Shown here piece by piece: positions 1 through 13,500 of a DNA stretch of 43,286 bases. Position numbers and translations under genes: made by a program. Every line of letters begins with the position of its first letter. Position 1 is the first letter of the stretch. The notes beneath the pieces were generated by a model. It searched no databases and was not told the origin of the DNA. It saw only the letters and a list, made by a program, of their open reading frames with translations. This DNA is from Phoronis australis (taxonomy: Eukaryota > Animalia > Phoronida), in assembly GCA_002633005.1 (NCBI GenBank), contig NMRA01000251.1:142414-185699 (forward strand). The letters are read 5' to 3'.

Positions 1-805
1 TAGCATCGGACAACTCTTAGAATACCTTCTTTCATTTGATCTCTTCAAATTGCCTTCGAGTGGTGATTTGGCGACAAAAATGCCAAAAGAATGCCAAAAT
101 CACAAATTCAAGGACCTGATTCCGTGATGTCATGGCAGACGGTCTTCGCACATCCGGGTTTTGACCGACGCTCCCGAGCTAAATCCGAAAGTCTAATTTC
201 GCGCGGCTTTCGCCGTCAATCCATCGACTACTTGATCATGAGAAGCAGAGAGCACTTTATTGCCAAATAAATGTAATTACTCACATATTTGTGTCAAATA
301 TAAATTATCCTGATACAGTATTGATATGCGAAGTTTGCCAAAACCATTGAGTTAACTCGTCGGCCACGCGCATTGTAATACTTGCACGGGCTGCGTTTTC
401 TGGCCGAGTGTGTGTTGTGCTTCAATCAAAAAAGTGCGTGATGTCAAGATGAGAAATAAGATACGCCAGTTTATGCAATACAATTCTAAGTTCAGGGCTA
501 AAATGAGCCGTCAGTGGAATAAAGTTACAAATAATCATTAAAATACTAACTTTAACATTCTCAATTAATTGAGTTTTGGATTAGAGTTATTGAATTTGAA
601 ACATAGGTTGCTTGCTCAAACTTGAAGTTTCACCTACGTCAGGCGTACAAGTTGAAGCACAACAGAAATCCGCCATGTTTACTATTTCAGGTCCTTGAAT
701 TCAGAATTTGGAGATTGTTTTGGAAATTCCCTCGCCAATTCACCACTCACGAAGACAGTTAATGGGATCTAGGAAAGATAAGGTTTCGAAGGTTTATGCA
801 ACACC
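1..805. mobile_element. Diverged inverted-repeat (MITE/fold-back-like) element, left end cut by the window edge
   Basis: 105-119 AATTCAAGGACCTGA is the exact reverse complement of 687-701. 58-74 pairs with 732-748 (16/17) about the same symmetry axis. True termini not identified. Confidence 0.6.
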
Positions 806-1851
806 AGACTGAGGGAGGTGCACGCAGATTTTATTTGGATTTTGGACGGTTGAAGTTGGGAGCCTCGGCTTTACAAAGTTTAAGTGTCCAACCTTTATGT
901 TTTCTTATATATATATATATATTGTGGCATCATTTGCGATAAACCCAAGCGCCTGTGGGACATCTAAAGGAATGAGGTGATTGCTTAATTTCTCGTGGCA
1001 TGTTAACAAGTTCAAGCCACTAGGAAGCGTCACAGTAGTGTATCTTCAAAGTAAAGGTGCTTACTCATGGGATGAAATGAATGAACTATACCTACGTCCT
1101 GACAATGTATCAAACATTTCTGTTTGCTTTAATTACAACCATCAATGCTGTTTACAATCAGTGATTGTAAACCAAATAAAAAATTAATTGTCTTGAAATG
1201 AAGAACTCCAACTTTGACCACCTGGTAAAACTTTTCGCTTGCGACTATATGCGTACGCAGTAACCTGAACTTAGACTTAGTTAGAATACTTATAATTGAT
1301 AATTCTCTTTTTGCAACAAGTAAAGTGTGTGAACTGTAAAAAACTTCTACGGAATTTCTTCTGCCTCGTTTGTCTTTTCAATGATTTAATGGTAATTAGG
1401 AAGTGGTAGATCAGTTGATTTCCTGCTTTTGATACGCACAGTAAAGTGGTCGTTAGGGAGTAAAATTGGCTCAAAATTAACGTTACCAAAACAATACTAT
1501 ACTTCATAAGAACCAGAGTGTCTTGTACAGTTTAGTTTTGACGAAAATTAAATTAGGCATTTTAGTCTCATGAAATCGGTATCATATTGTTTATTGTCAA
1601 CTTAAGTCGCACGCAATGACTTCATGGGTGACTTCGAATTTGCAGTTTTAAAGTTGACCAATATCAATAGGTAAGAAACGCTTTCTTGAGTCCCTGATGT
1701 CTTGATGCTTTTGTTATTACCTTTATTGCCCAGGCAATGATAGAAAACCTGTCTGGGCGCCTCGGATCGGACTTCAACAGAATTATATAGCATTCTAATC
1801 TTAACCAATAAATGCAACAAAAACGGGGAATGGGAACGGGGGAAGGACTTT

Positions 1852-1918
1852 CACACGCCATTCATACACACGCCATTCATACACACACCATTCATACACA
1901 CACCATTCATACACACAC
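1852..1918. repeat. 15-bp minisatellite (CACACRCCATTCATA) x~4.5 near the 3' end of the LINE fragment
   Basis: Directly visible tandem copies. Confidence 0.9.
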
Positions 1919-2022
1919 TCGCGCTGTGTTGAAGTGACGTGTGATGAAATTATGTGCTATATAAATAGACATGTATGAAATTAATAATAACAATAGAAAT
2001 TCATTCATTTATAAAATAATAA

Positions 2023-3370
2023 TTAAAAACGTGTGTGCAGACCTCTCCATTTATCCACATTTGCGTCCGAGGTGTCTGTTAAAATTGTGTTTATAAAAAT
2101 TTGTAACTTCAACTTGAAATCGTTAAAAAGGAGAGGCTTTTCTGCTTTTGTTGTCTGATATATGAAGTAAAGTGCAAGTTTATTAATGATATTGCAAATT
2201 AATTCGTGATTTTGGTCAGAGTTTTGAGCGAAATTCCATATGTCCCAAATCGTGAACATGTACATGTACTGAGCATTTAGGGCCTTTTTTAAGAGTGCTT
2301 GCACTGATTCCCAGAAAGTCCCGACACAGGTGCAATAATAAAACACGTGAAGTAAAGTCTGCAACCCATCACAATAGGGACACTTAACACTTTGCCCCCC
2401 CCCCCTATTTTGCTTAAAGTGACATTTGTAAATATTCTTCTATGGGTAAGGAGGTATCTGAAGTTCTTTAATTCTGGATTTATGGGGAGGCTGATTGGTA
2501 GAAAATAAATTTCTCTTATTCCTTTTTCATTATAATAATTACTTAACCGTACACGTCATAATTGTCTGATTTCTGTGCAAAATTATGTAAAGTACAATTT
2601 TTAAGCCAATCTTTACCACAGCTATTATAATTAATAAAATGAATATTGTTACAACCAATAGATCTTACTTCTAGTTCGCCAAGATGCTTCCTCAATGCAG
2701 TAACAACCACAATGTATTGCGATGTACAAAAATTCTTGTATTTGTTTTTGATATAATCCCAGCTAAGAAACTTTTTCCTTATCAAGAAAGTCTTCGACGA
2801 ATAACAGTCCTGATTCAAACATTTCCCGACAAAATAATGATTTATTGCTAAGTAAAATGTTTCGATTATTCCAAAAGACCTGTTTGTTAATAGAAATATT
2901 CTTAAAAACTTCTATATCCAAAGGCTCCAATTTTTTAAACAATTCAGTGTAAAAGGAATTGTTAATTGACATTTTCAAATTTCTTAAACGGAAATTTGAA
3001 CAAAAAAGTCACCACCCAATTTAGTTAAAAGAGACTTAAGATAAATATTCCAACTACCATTTCTTCCTGAATTTAAACGTTTGGCCCAATTGAACATGAG
3101 ACGATTTTTCATTATTTCCACCTTAGGATATTTTAACCCTCCTTCTTCATATGGAAGTACAGTGACAGATACCTTTATTCTTGGTGGTTTACCGCACCAA
3201 ATAAAATCTCTAATTATTTTATCTATTTCTACAATTCTATTTTTTGTAACTTCGATGTTGGCTAAAACGTGAATCAACCTAGACAAACCGTAAGTTTTTA
3301 CAGCATGAATCCTCCCCGTGGTGGTCAAATGTCTAGTTTTCCAAGTACAAGTACGTATATTATAACTTAT
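2023..3370 (-). mobile_element. 5'-truncated, frameshifted non-LTR retrotransposon (L1/Tx1-like) ORF2 C-terminal part
   Basis: Successive minus-strand frames read W..RHLTTTGRIHAVKTYGLSRL...IRDFIWCGKPPRIK...LPYEEGGLKYP...W.KRL, then VFWNNRNI...GLLFVEDF, then a CCHC knuckle (RYLLTHRRIFTN...CPYC...QTLLHVFYYC...FW). Several frameshifts; RT core absent. Confidence 0.85.
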
Positions 3371-3829
3371 GACAAATGAGCTATTGAAGCTGTCCATCAC
3401 CTCTTTTCAATATCGAAGTATTATTCATACTCTCATGAAAATTGGTCTCGCGACGTGTCACAAACTCAATTGGTTCAGCCCTCATTTCAAGACCAGCGTC
3501 TACCCACTTCAGTTTCATCTGGCGTTGTTTAGATTGCTGCACAAAGACACGTACGCAACTGTAAACGAGGTTTGAAAGGCGACGATTTGACAAGTGGTCC
3601 AATAAATGATGCACTGAGCACCTTCGAAAAGTTAACAGCCCATGCTTTTGCCACACAATTGGAAGTGCCACGTGTTAAGATGACCTCCGTCGTGACGGCT
3701 CAGAGCTAACCCCACATTATCCCGCTTAGATCCCTTTAGGCTTTTCTTAGTGTTGTGGGCCTGTCATTTGCTGCTCTCCTCCTGTCTGAGCAGCTGCAAC
3801 CCCGCCCCCACGGTGAGGTCGGGCATGGC

Positions 3830-4200
3830 GGCGTTTCTTGAAACTTTTCCAATGGCCAAATATTGCATGTATGGGATTTGGTACATGTAGACAGACTCGC
3901 TACCCCGGAGAGCAACGCTAACGTTATGATATTATGCAACGAACCGAATGACTGGATAATTTGTCAGGCAACCGTTCATCCGTTTGCGATGCTTTATACT
4001 TCACGTCATATTTGCCGTTTGTTCGACTACAATCTGGTAAACCATCGGTAAATACCACCTGGTATCGTCTGCACACCTGGTACTCTCTTGCAACGTTTGC
4101 CTTCACGTAGTCGAAAGCAATTTCAAGCTTAAGATTTACTGCAATGGTACCCTGCTGACCCTGTATGTAGAAACAGATTTGTATTTTGAGCAGTGATCCA
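3830..4200 (-). pseudogene. Possible degenerate von Willebrand factor A domain fragment
   Basis: Translation ...YIQGQQGT...AFDYVKANVAR...QVVFTDGLPD...DVKYKASQ, then after a frameshift near 3960 IIQSFG...LLSGVAS. This follows the vWA C-terminal half pattern (GGT..AL.Y, VVFTDG, I.AVG, L..IAS). No DxSxS found. Confidence 0.35.
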
Positions 4201-4561
4201 GAAACTGCCCACACATCTACACATATAAACGTTCATCAACTCACTCCCATGTAGTGCTCTTAGTCCACCGTAAATAGCATGAGAGGCACGCCGTAGGGGG
4301 ATGGGGTAGGGGTTGGCTACAACCCCCTCGTCACTTACATGTATTTCAGTACTGCACCCCGCATGGCAATATATCCAGCACACCACAGGAGGCTGGGGGC
4401 CAATAGCAACAATGTTTCGGTTCCTTCCAAGCTAAAAAATCACGTTGAGTTGGAGGTAGGTAATTATTCAGATCACGTTCATAACAGTTACCGCCCTCAA
4501 TCATCAAATGTTAGGCATTGTTACAGAAAGCGGGTTGGACGCAAAGCTGTTTTGACCACTT

Positions 4562-7500
4562 TCATTGTCTATATGTGCTTGTGCTAGTTCGGCGCCGGCC
4601 CAGCAATATTTTTTCCAACTTCAACCAAGGAACTTCAAAAACAAGAGAACACAGAAAAGCCAACACGTATACCGAGAGCAGAAATCCAAAGTAGAAGAAG
4701 AGCTGTAAAGAAAAAGGCTATTTGAGTTGACACGGATAGTTATAACTATTGTCTTTCCGTGCGACGAGTCGATAATGCGACGCATGTAAGAATATAACTG
4801 ATGCAAACCTTCATCTAAGCCCACAGTTTCTAAACTGAACGTCTAACGTGAAGTCACCAAAATGAAAAACGAAATCGACATTTTAAACCAATTGCTTACT
4901 TGATGCTTATGGTGTGATATATTATATGACCCAGAAGATTGTTTTGTATTTGCTGGTGAAAAGAACCCAACGACCATCTGTACACCATCACGAAAATAAA
5001 TAGAACGATTTTGCGATATTAGCATTGTTTTATTTACTTCGTGTACACTATAATTAAAGACCCTGTGTCTAAAAAAGAATCTTAAGAGTGTTAACAGCCT
5101 TTCGTGTATTTGTTGCTTTGAAACAAGCCAAAAAATTAAAAACCAATATTTTTCTGTTGTCGGGGCTGAACGTAATGGGTGGAAGACCATCTCTGCCGGT
5201 GTTGTTTTTACTTGTGCGATACTTAAAAATTGTGAGAAAAGTCCGCTGAGAGCCGCCTCAGTCAGATATGATAAGGTGAGTTTGTGGAAACTGTAGTAAC
5301 AGTAACTTGAAGGAGAACGTATCTGTGTTCACATTTCTTAAATACGTAAAAGTTGCGGTTTGTGCGCTGTATAAGAGTGTGGAATGTTAATGTGGTACAT
5401 ACGATTCAGTCGGGGACACACTTTCATCAGCACATTTTATGGAATTATGTTTCAACCAAACTCAAAAGCGGCATTACGATGAAGGACTCGCCACCTTGTA
5501 AGTGTTTTTGCAAATTTCATAAATAACAAGCAAACTGCTTCCATTCTCTAGGAAGTGAAGCCAGGCCCTCGACCCCAGCCGAGATCGAGTGCTACGACAC
5601 GTAGGCGTATAGATTGTGTTTAGACCGTGGGCTCGTTCCATCATGGCATAACAGTGAATGCGAGTGATCCAGGTTCACTGTGGCCTTTGTCAGTGATTAG
5701 TAAGTGTCTATTTTGTGAATATTGACCACCACTTGGTTCAGTTTTGTTGTGACTGACATATGTATGTCTGCAGCATTTCTCGTGCAAGTCGGTCGAGTTC
5801 TTACGGAGTCTAAGACGGCGAAAGTTCGCTAATTGGGAAATCGAATTCACTGACTGATTCATCAAGTACTTGAGTGTTATACCCGTATCCACTCTCCTCT
5901 ATGTTTGCATAATAATTGTCCCTCAAAATCCTTCTCGACTTCTGGTCTGCAGTGTTCCGCCATTGTCGTTGATTGTCAAGTGAGCAAACGTGTTCCACCC
6001 ATTACTTCATTCGGCGGTAAATTTGGAAATAACTTATTTTTCATTTATTGAAATTTCGTGACTCTTTGGCTAAGAAAGTGCTTATTTAATTCGATTTTAT
6101 CATAATCATTTCATAATAGGTAACTGAAACCCCAATAACTGAAAATGCACGGTGTGAACTCCTTAACTTGACCTCAGTACCGGGTATTTCAGCACAATAC
6201 TTGAACACTACTAATTTTTTTCTAGTTATCCTCTAGATTAGTTCACACCAGTAGCTAGTGCAGATTGCATTTGACTGATGCAAATTGCAGCAAAACTTAA
6301 AGGGAAAAACCGGGATCATATCCACAAACACAACTGAACACCGCTGTGTGAAATAATAACTTACGATATTCTGATCCGTCAACATGACAGGCTGTTTCTG
6401 CGTGTAGTAAAACCACGTGTCCAGACATGGGTGAAGGAGAAATACGCAGTAGGTCAAACGGCTGAGTGACTGGAGCGGAGTCCATGAGAGTATACTATTG
6501 ACAAACCCTGAGGTAAAGAATTCACAAAGTTTACTGTCTGCTCCGTCATGTTACGACTACATACAGCACATGAAGAGATCAAATAACTACAGAGTTTGGT
6601 ATTGTTTTACGTAATGCAACCTTCAGAAAGCACGTTTGCCCAAATGGTAAGGACATATTTATACTTGTAAGCATGTGGTGCAAAGAATACTATGCGTGGA
6701 AGTGAGGGTTATCTCTATACTGTAATTTGTACACACTGAATAAAACGGTAGTCGAAATTATGTCTCCACTGGAACGGCTTTGAGTTACGTGTACATGTTG
6801 ATGTAACCTACCTCCGTAACCGGTAGAGCAAGCGAAAATTACCCAGCCTACGCCGAGAGAAAAAGCGAAGCGGAAGAGGGCGTTGTACACAGCTGAAACC
6901 TCCACAGTAAAGGACTTTCCCTCACCAATCGTGCTTTTAAACGGGCCAAACAAACCGTACAGGGTTGAGATACAAAAAAGGATTGACAGAGCCCAACCAA
7001 CCATAACGATAATCTAAAAAAATATTATCGTTTAATCCAAATGTTCAATACAACAATGGATGATATTTCATTTAAACGAGTCCGACGTTTTTGATAGTTA
7101 TTGTTCACACGACTACGGTAGCAGGGGTAAGTTTAGAGTGATGAATTTGATAAATACGTGCATCAACGTGAAATTGTCTGTTATCGTTAGCGGAACAAAC
7201 CTCGACAGCACTGGTTTTGCAATATTATCAATATAGCCTTTTATGCATTCAAAAATGAAAAGATTTTTTCAGGGACAACGAAATTTTGATAACTCACTCT
7301 TCTAGCTTTCATCTTCTTGACAGGAAATCTGCACTTGTATCTGTACAGAAGAAATCCAACATATATCCCGACGGCGTAAGACGATATCCTATTCCAGGGT
7401 CGTACATAAAGTAGATTCCAGTCTTTTCCACTGCAAAAGGCCATGTTTCAAAGTTGCGATGAGAATTGAGACATTCGAAATACGAAGATTCAAGGTGATT

Positions 7501-10500
7501 GACAATTAAGGTAATAAAATCTACTTCAAATTTCTACGCATTTTTCTGCAACCAATTCTTGACAACATTGCTTGGAAATCAACAATGTACTGTATTGTAT
7601 TGCATTGCATAGTAACCCAAAGGACTGTGTTTTATTACGTGTATATGCGTTATATCTGTATTACAATGGTTTGCCTCTGGACTGTGTTTGTTACAATTCT
7701 CTTCCAGCGGGAAAGACAAACAATGCGAGATAGATAAATGACTGTGTTGGTAAAATAAACAATCAAAGGTTTTGTTTTTAGACTTGATCAAAAAATGGTC
7801 ACTAACTTACATGTAGTATTCGTCCGCCGAAGTCGAGGAATTGAAAACAGGTATCCAAATATGTACAAATTATGTGCCCACAACAAGATTTGCCAAAATA
7901 AATAAATCCCATACTTAACTGTGGTAAATTAGCTGAGGACAAGTTAAGGATCGTTATTTTTGCAGCCCGCACCTTGCCGTGATGATCTCGCCGCTGGGAC
8001 TGCATGCAGGTTTGCCGTTTGGTCCTAACATGTATATTTGCGATACGAAACCGCGCGCAACAATTGACCCAGCCGCCACGAGGAATACGAAGACGGAACC
8101 AAATAGTTCACACCTGAAATAAGAGACAGTTACATTTCAAAAATATATCCGTTTTTGTTTTGTTTAAACAGCAGGCACGGCGAAGCGTTTCTGTGTGGCG
8201 TTTTTAAAGTACAAACTCTTAAGCGTGGCTTGCTAAGCAAGACTGAAAATGCCCACTGGAGTAAAGAGCAAATGTGAGCTTTGACTATCTCCCGGTCGGC
8301 TTGAATATTCTGGCATCCGATGTGGACGCCAGAAATGCGCTTCGACTTGGATATGTTGAAAACTAAACGCAATGGCGACGTGCAGATGGAACTTGAGACC
8401 ACGGAGGTGATGTAGAATCGTGTGCTTTTGCAGTGGTATGGAATTATGGTGGTCGGTGCAGCGAAAAGTTTTGCAAAGTTTACAATGTACAATGATCTCA
8501 CCCTTCTCTAACTATGCAACGTAATCTTACCTGTATACAGGATAGATCATGAGTGGTGCTACAACGTAATCTTGCCTGTATAAAGGATAGATCATGAGTG
8601 GTGCTACAACGTAATCTTACCTGTATAAAGGATAGATCATGAGTGGTGCTACGACGTAATCTTACCTGTATAAAGGATAGATCATGAGTGGTGCTACAAC
8701 GTAATCTTACCTGTATAAAGGATAGATCATGAGTGGTGCTACAACGTAATCTTACCTGTATAAAGGATAGATCATGAGTGGTGCTACGACGTAAAACTGC
8801 ATTTCGTTGGCTAGATACCAACTCCAGTTCATGCACTATAATGAAAACAACACCGGGATTGAGGCAACGATGCTGATGGGATCAATAAGGGTTAACTTTA
8901 GTAACGCAATCAATGATAAGACGGGACAGAATATTGTTATGATTGCCTGACTTTTACCCTACGTCTTTTAGGAATTTTTACTCAGTAATGCCAGAACGAA
9001 ACGTAAATCACCAGTGCATAATTTTGTTAGTCATTTTTTTGCGTGTCATTTTTAGTACAATGTACATTCACTGAAGATTTAGTCACAGACGAAAGCGATA
9101 ACCAGGCTGTGGCATTTAAATTAACACTAGGCATTAGTGACGCAATGAGCCTCAAGGGAGTGGACAGAAGAAAATGGTGGTTAAGAAATCTAATGAGACA
9201 AAAATGGTAAATAAAGTAAAAAGAAGGGGAATCGGAAAGAGACGAAGACATGAGAAGAAGGAGGTAAAGACATGAGAAGAAGGAGATGAAGCAGAGTGGA
9301 GGGAGAAGTAAAAGAAGAGATCGACGAGAAGAAGGGGAAGGAAAACATGGAAAACAGCACCAGATCTCACCATTTTGTCGTTTTCACTTCTAACGAGGTT
9401 GTTGATGTATAGCATATTTGTCCACCACCAGTTTACGCAGTTGCCGTCCACATCATCAACCTTCCATAAGGGCCCCGACCCAGTATATTTTAGGAGACAT
9501 GTGTAAAACATCAACACCATCCCATAGGCAGGTGTCAACCTAACAAAACACAAGCAGTGGACTATTTTACAATACCAATTGTAGATATGGGTACTATACA
9601 TAGTGACAGAGGAAGTTCATCTTGAATTTTATGTTTCTCCTCTTTCTTCGTCACCGTTTTGTTCCTTGAGCTTCACCTAGCTTGCACGTTTTTTGCATTA
9701 TTTTAACATTGCTATTAATCAATGCTACAATATTTGTTAAGAAAGGTCTGATATTTTGTCACTTGGATTGATCCACTTCTGCTTTACCTGATATATCTGT
9801 GCACGTAGTACATGACCCAGTTCAGGCGTCCATTGTTTTCTTTAAGAACTCTCAACGTCAGGTAAGAGACTAACAGAGCGCTGAAAATCCAAACATATAA
9901 GAATGTACTTTATCCCACACGCGTTGAATCTGTAAAGGGAAATACGGCCATGTACATGTAGTAATGTTTTCCGTATTCACCTCCCGCGCTACTTCAACAG
10001 TGACCTCTGACATGGAAAGTTCAAACGGTAGTGCAATGTAGACTCGCGACTTCGGCGTTAGCCGGTTAGATCACATTTAATTTTGGCCAGAACAGAAACA
10101 CGAACTTTAAAATTAGCGCGTAAGCAAATAACGACATATCTATCACACGTTTCGGTTTATTACTCTAAGCCATTGTCAAGGAAACAGTTCACAGACTCGA
10201 AAGAGGCGACACAGGTAGAGAAGAGACTGTACAGGTACACGTCAAAATGCATAGTGATGGAGAGAGACCAGAAACCAAAACAGTTGGAGCTCAAACGATT
10301 CAATCTTTTTATTGAGGTAACGCTCAGCATGGTTCAACCGTATACATGTATGCATAGCCTCCTTTATGAGGAGCCTGAGGGTGGCATTATCCTTGTCTAG
10401 GATCTGAACACCAGATCAATATATAGTGTGACCAGTTGTCAAGGAATGATTGAGACCAGTACTGAAGCAACCGAAACGTTGGATAGATATGTCGTTATTT

Positions 10501-13500
10501 ACTTACGCGCTAATTTTGAAGTTCGTGCTTAGCCGGTTAGATAATCACACTTTCGTAAAATAGCTTAAAGTAATGCAAAAGTAGTAGTGTAAATGACACT
10601 CAACATGAAATCATATCTCAATCGTAACATCTGGAACAGGACTATTAATTATATGAAAGTTCTGTCTCAGTTTTGATTTGCTAAATACTAGATCGTTTGC
10701 AACTCAGGCGTCGATTCCTCTGTAACTACAATATCTAATATTGTTTTTATTCAAGTATTTTCAGGAGATGTTACAAGTTCAGTGCAAATTTACCGTTGTG
10801 TTAAACTTTGCTATCTCTATTCAAATAATAAATCGTTACATGTAAAACTGTTTCTTTCTAGAGAAAATTTGCAACCTAACGCGCAAGCACATACATAGAG
10901 GATGTGATTCGCCACGTGAACAGTCCGAGTGAAGTATTTCAAAAATCTGTGGAAAAAAAGAAAGAAACTTAGAAATTCGGTCTCGGTCGATACGCAGAAT
11001 AATGTCTCGTGGGATATTACTTCATGTACGCCACTCTCGATACGTTTTATGTATGTATTATGTACTTGGTACATAAACATGTGGCTTCTAATAACGCTGC
11101 TAGTATGCACGACTAACCTCTAACTACGTTATTATATCTATCAAAACGCAACATGAATGAGGAAGTCGTCTTAGAAATTTACATCTAAAGCGAATTATTT
11201 GAACAAAGTAACGGCGAACCTCATTACGAAGAATGTATCGGTACAGACGGAAGCGTTTGCGATGGCTTGAAATGTCCACCGCCTTACGTAGATTGCGTAA
11301 TCTCCGGCATTATCTGGAAAAGACAATTGCGTCTTGCAAGGTTCAGTGAAGAGTATCTTTGTGACTTGAGATGTTTTCGGCACTTACATGTACAACAAAA
11401 ATCAGCCCACTTTCGAAGATTTCCCCCGACCATCATACAAAGCGTACAGGTACATACACGTAATCCTCTAAACTCAGCTAACCTGTCGCTAAGTACCTGT
11501 AAAGCTAAAGCTTATTCGAATAGGGTGCAATTTCTAAGGAGTGCCAGTTTTAGTAATCGTCGGTAGTTTAAGCAAAATGCAAGGTAAAAGTAAACACCAT
11601 TGCAAAAAATGATGTTATAATAAAAGAACGAGATACTCCAGGTCGTGCGTGGACAAAATATTATGTCCATGGCAGGGGAGCATGGAATTGACACGACCGC
11701 TATCAAAGTGTCAACACAAGATTCACGCCGATCAGGTCTACACTTACTTGTAATGTGCTCCAAAGTTGGCCAAAGTAATGTATGACCTAATATGATCCAG
11801 GTGATGCTCATTACTCGTATACCATTCAGACAGTTTAGCGCGTGTGGTGCAGGTTCGACAGTCAAGATTCCCCGTCCGTTCGACAGCACCGAAAAGGAGA
11901 GTAGCAGTTTTTCCACGGTACCTAGGTAAAGTTTTCGGAGAAAATTATTCCTTTCCCATAAACGAACATTGTTGGTTCCAAAATATTGTAAAGTATTAAC
12001 ATGTTGGAGTTTGTGAAGAGAGTTTACATCCTCTATTAGATAACATGATTTTTATTTCTGTGGAAAATAGAAGCATTCTTTAAACAGACGGGTGTCCAAT
12101 AAAGAAGACGCTTGCGACTACTCGCGATACGTGGTTCTCTTAAAAGTTCCAGGTGGCACCCGACGTGACTGGAGTTTCAGGCAATTACCTTGAGCAACGA
12201 CAATGATTCTTAGCGGTATAATCTGGAAGTACACGAAGAAGGCGCGAAAACATTGTTAATAACTGGATAATTTAATTGGATGGCGTAAATTTGCTTTTTG
12301 TTTGCAAAGAGAGCCTATTATTTTTCCTCAAGCGGGTGAACGCTGTCGTTCAAAATCCAGCTCTCACTTTAGGTGAGCGCTTTCTCGCGCGTGAGCCGGG
12401 TGCATGCTCTATTGAACAAACGTCAAGTACACACTCCAACAACAACTGCAAGTGAAAATGCAATTGCTACACTAAAGTGGCGTAACGTATGAGAACACAA
12501 ACATCTACCATCACCTCACCGTGTTCTGCGCCGTCTTGCTGCTCATGTTGAATCAAAAGCAAGTCTCTGTCGCTCCTGTTGTGCTTTCTTCTTCTCCAGT
12601 TGGTGTAAACTTCATAACCGGTTGACAACAATACCAATGTTAGTAGCAACGAAAGAATGACTCTATAAGAACAAAGTGGTCAACATGAAGTATTTTGGCC
12701 AACAACACTAGTGAGTCCGATAGTGCTGTTGGCGATTTGCTATTCATGAAATGCATCTTGCTAATACAGAAGGGCCCTGTGTTTACATCTGATTAGAACG
12801 AGAGCTGAATGCCATTCTTCAGGGCTTTATTTCGTAGACCAGGTACACAATACGCACTTTCAGAAAACAATATTTGCAAAAGCATAGCCCGGGGGGCTTA
12901 GGGGGCTCGAACGAGCGCCCGATTTGGCAAAGTGGGCAAAAAGGTCCGCCTCAGAAAAACGAAAATCCTATAAATCGAGACAAAGTCCACTAAAAAGGCA
13001 CAGGCGCACAGTGAAGGCGGTACCCGTTTTTTTACTCATGCCGCTTTTTTGTCAAAAAAGGTACACATCCCCAGAAATTCGAAACCCCCATATTAAAGAC
13101 TGGGCTTGCACCAACTGATATGTACAGCCTCACGAAGTTTAAGCTCCTTTGTTGTTTCTGCTTGGTCTGTTATAGTAGTAGTCATTGAATGAACATTGCT
13201 GATAACAATCATTGGGGCTCTGCAGGTGAATATTTACATGTTTATTTGTGATAAGATGTGATGAGTTTCATACATGTGAAAAGACCTCCTTATTCTCGAG
13301 TATCCCTTAACATGTGACCAATTCCCGCGTTTCGAAAGGCTCCTTTAGCTACTGCTCGAGTTTATACCTTACTTCAAACATATAAATTGATATTAGCGAT
13401 TCAAACGTAGGCCCACTTACTGTAAAAAAACTTGTCTACAAAAGGTTTACCAATCCATGTTGACCAATGGTAAATGCGAAAATTTAAAAATCCCAAAATT

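Noticed and set aside
5641-5998. Two overlapping minus-strand ORFs in gene A intron 14
   Set aside because: Short, with no motif, and not needed for the gene A model.
8521-8794. CRISPR-like regular repeats and the 112-aa repeat ORF 8498-8836
   Set aside because: Contiguous units with no unique spacers, no cas genes, eukaryotic context. The ORF is an off-frame reading of exon 10 plus the repeat.
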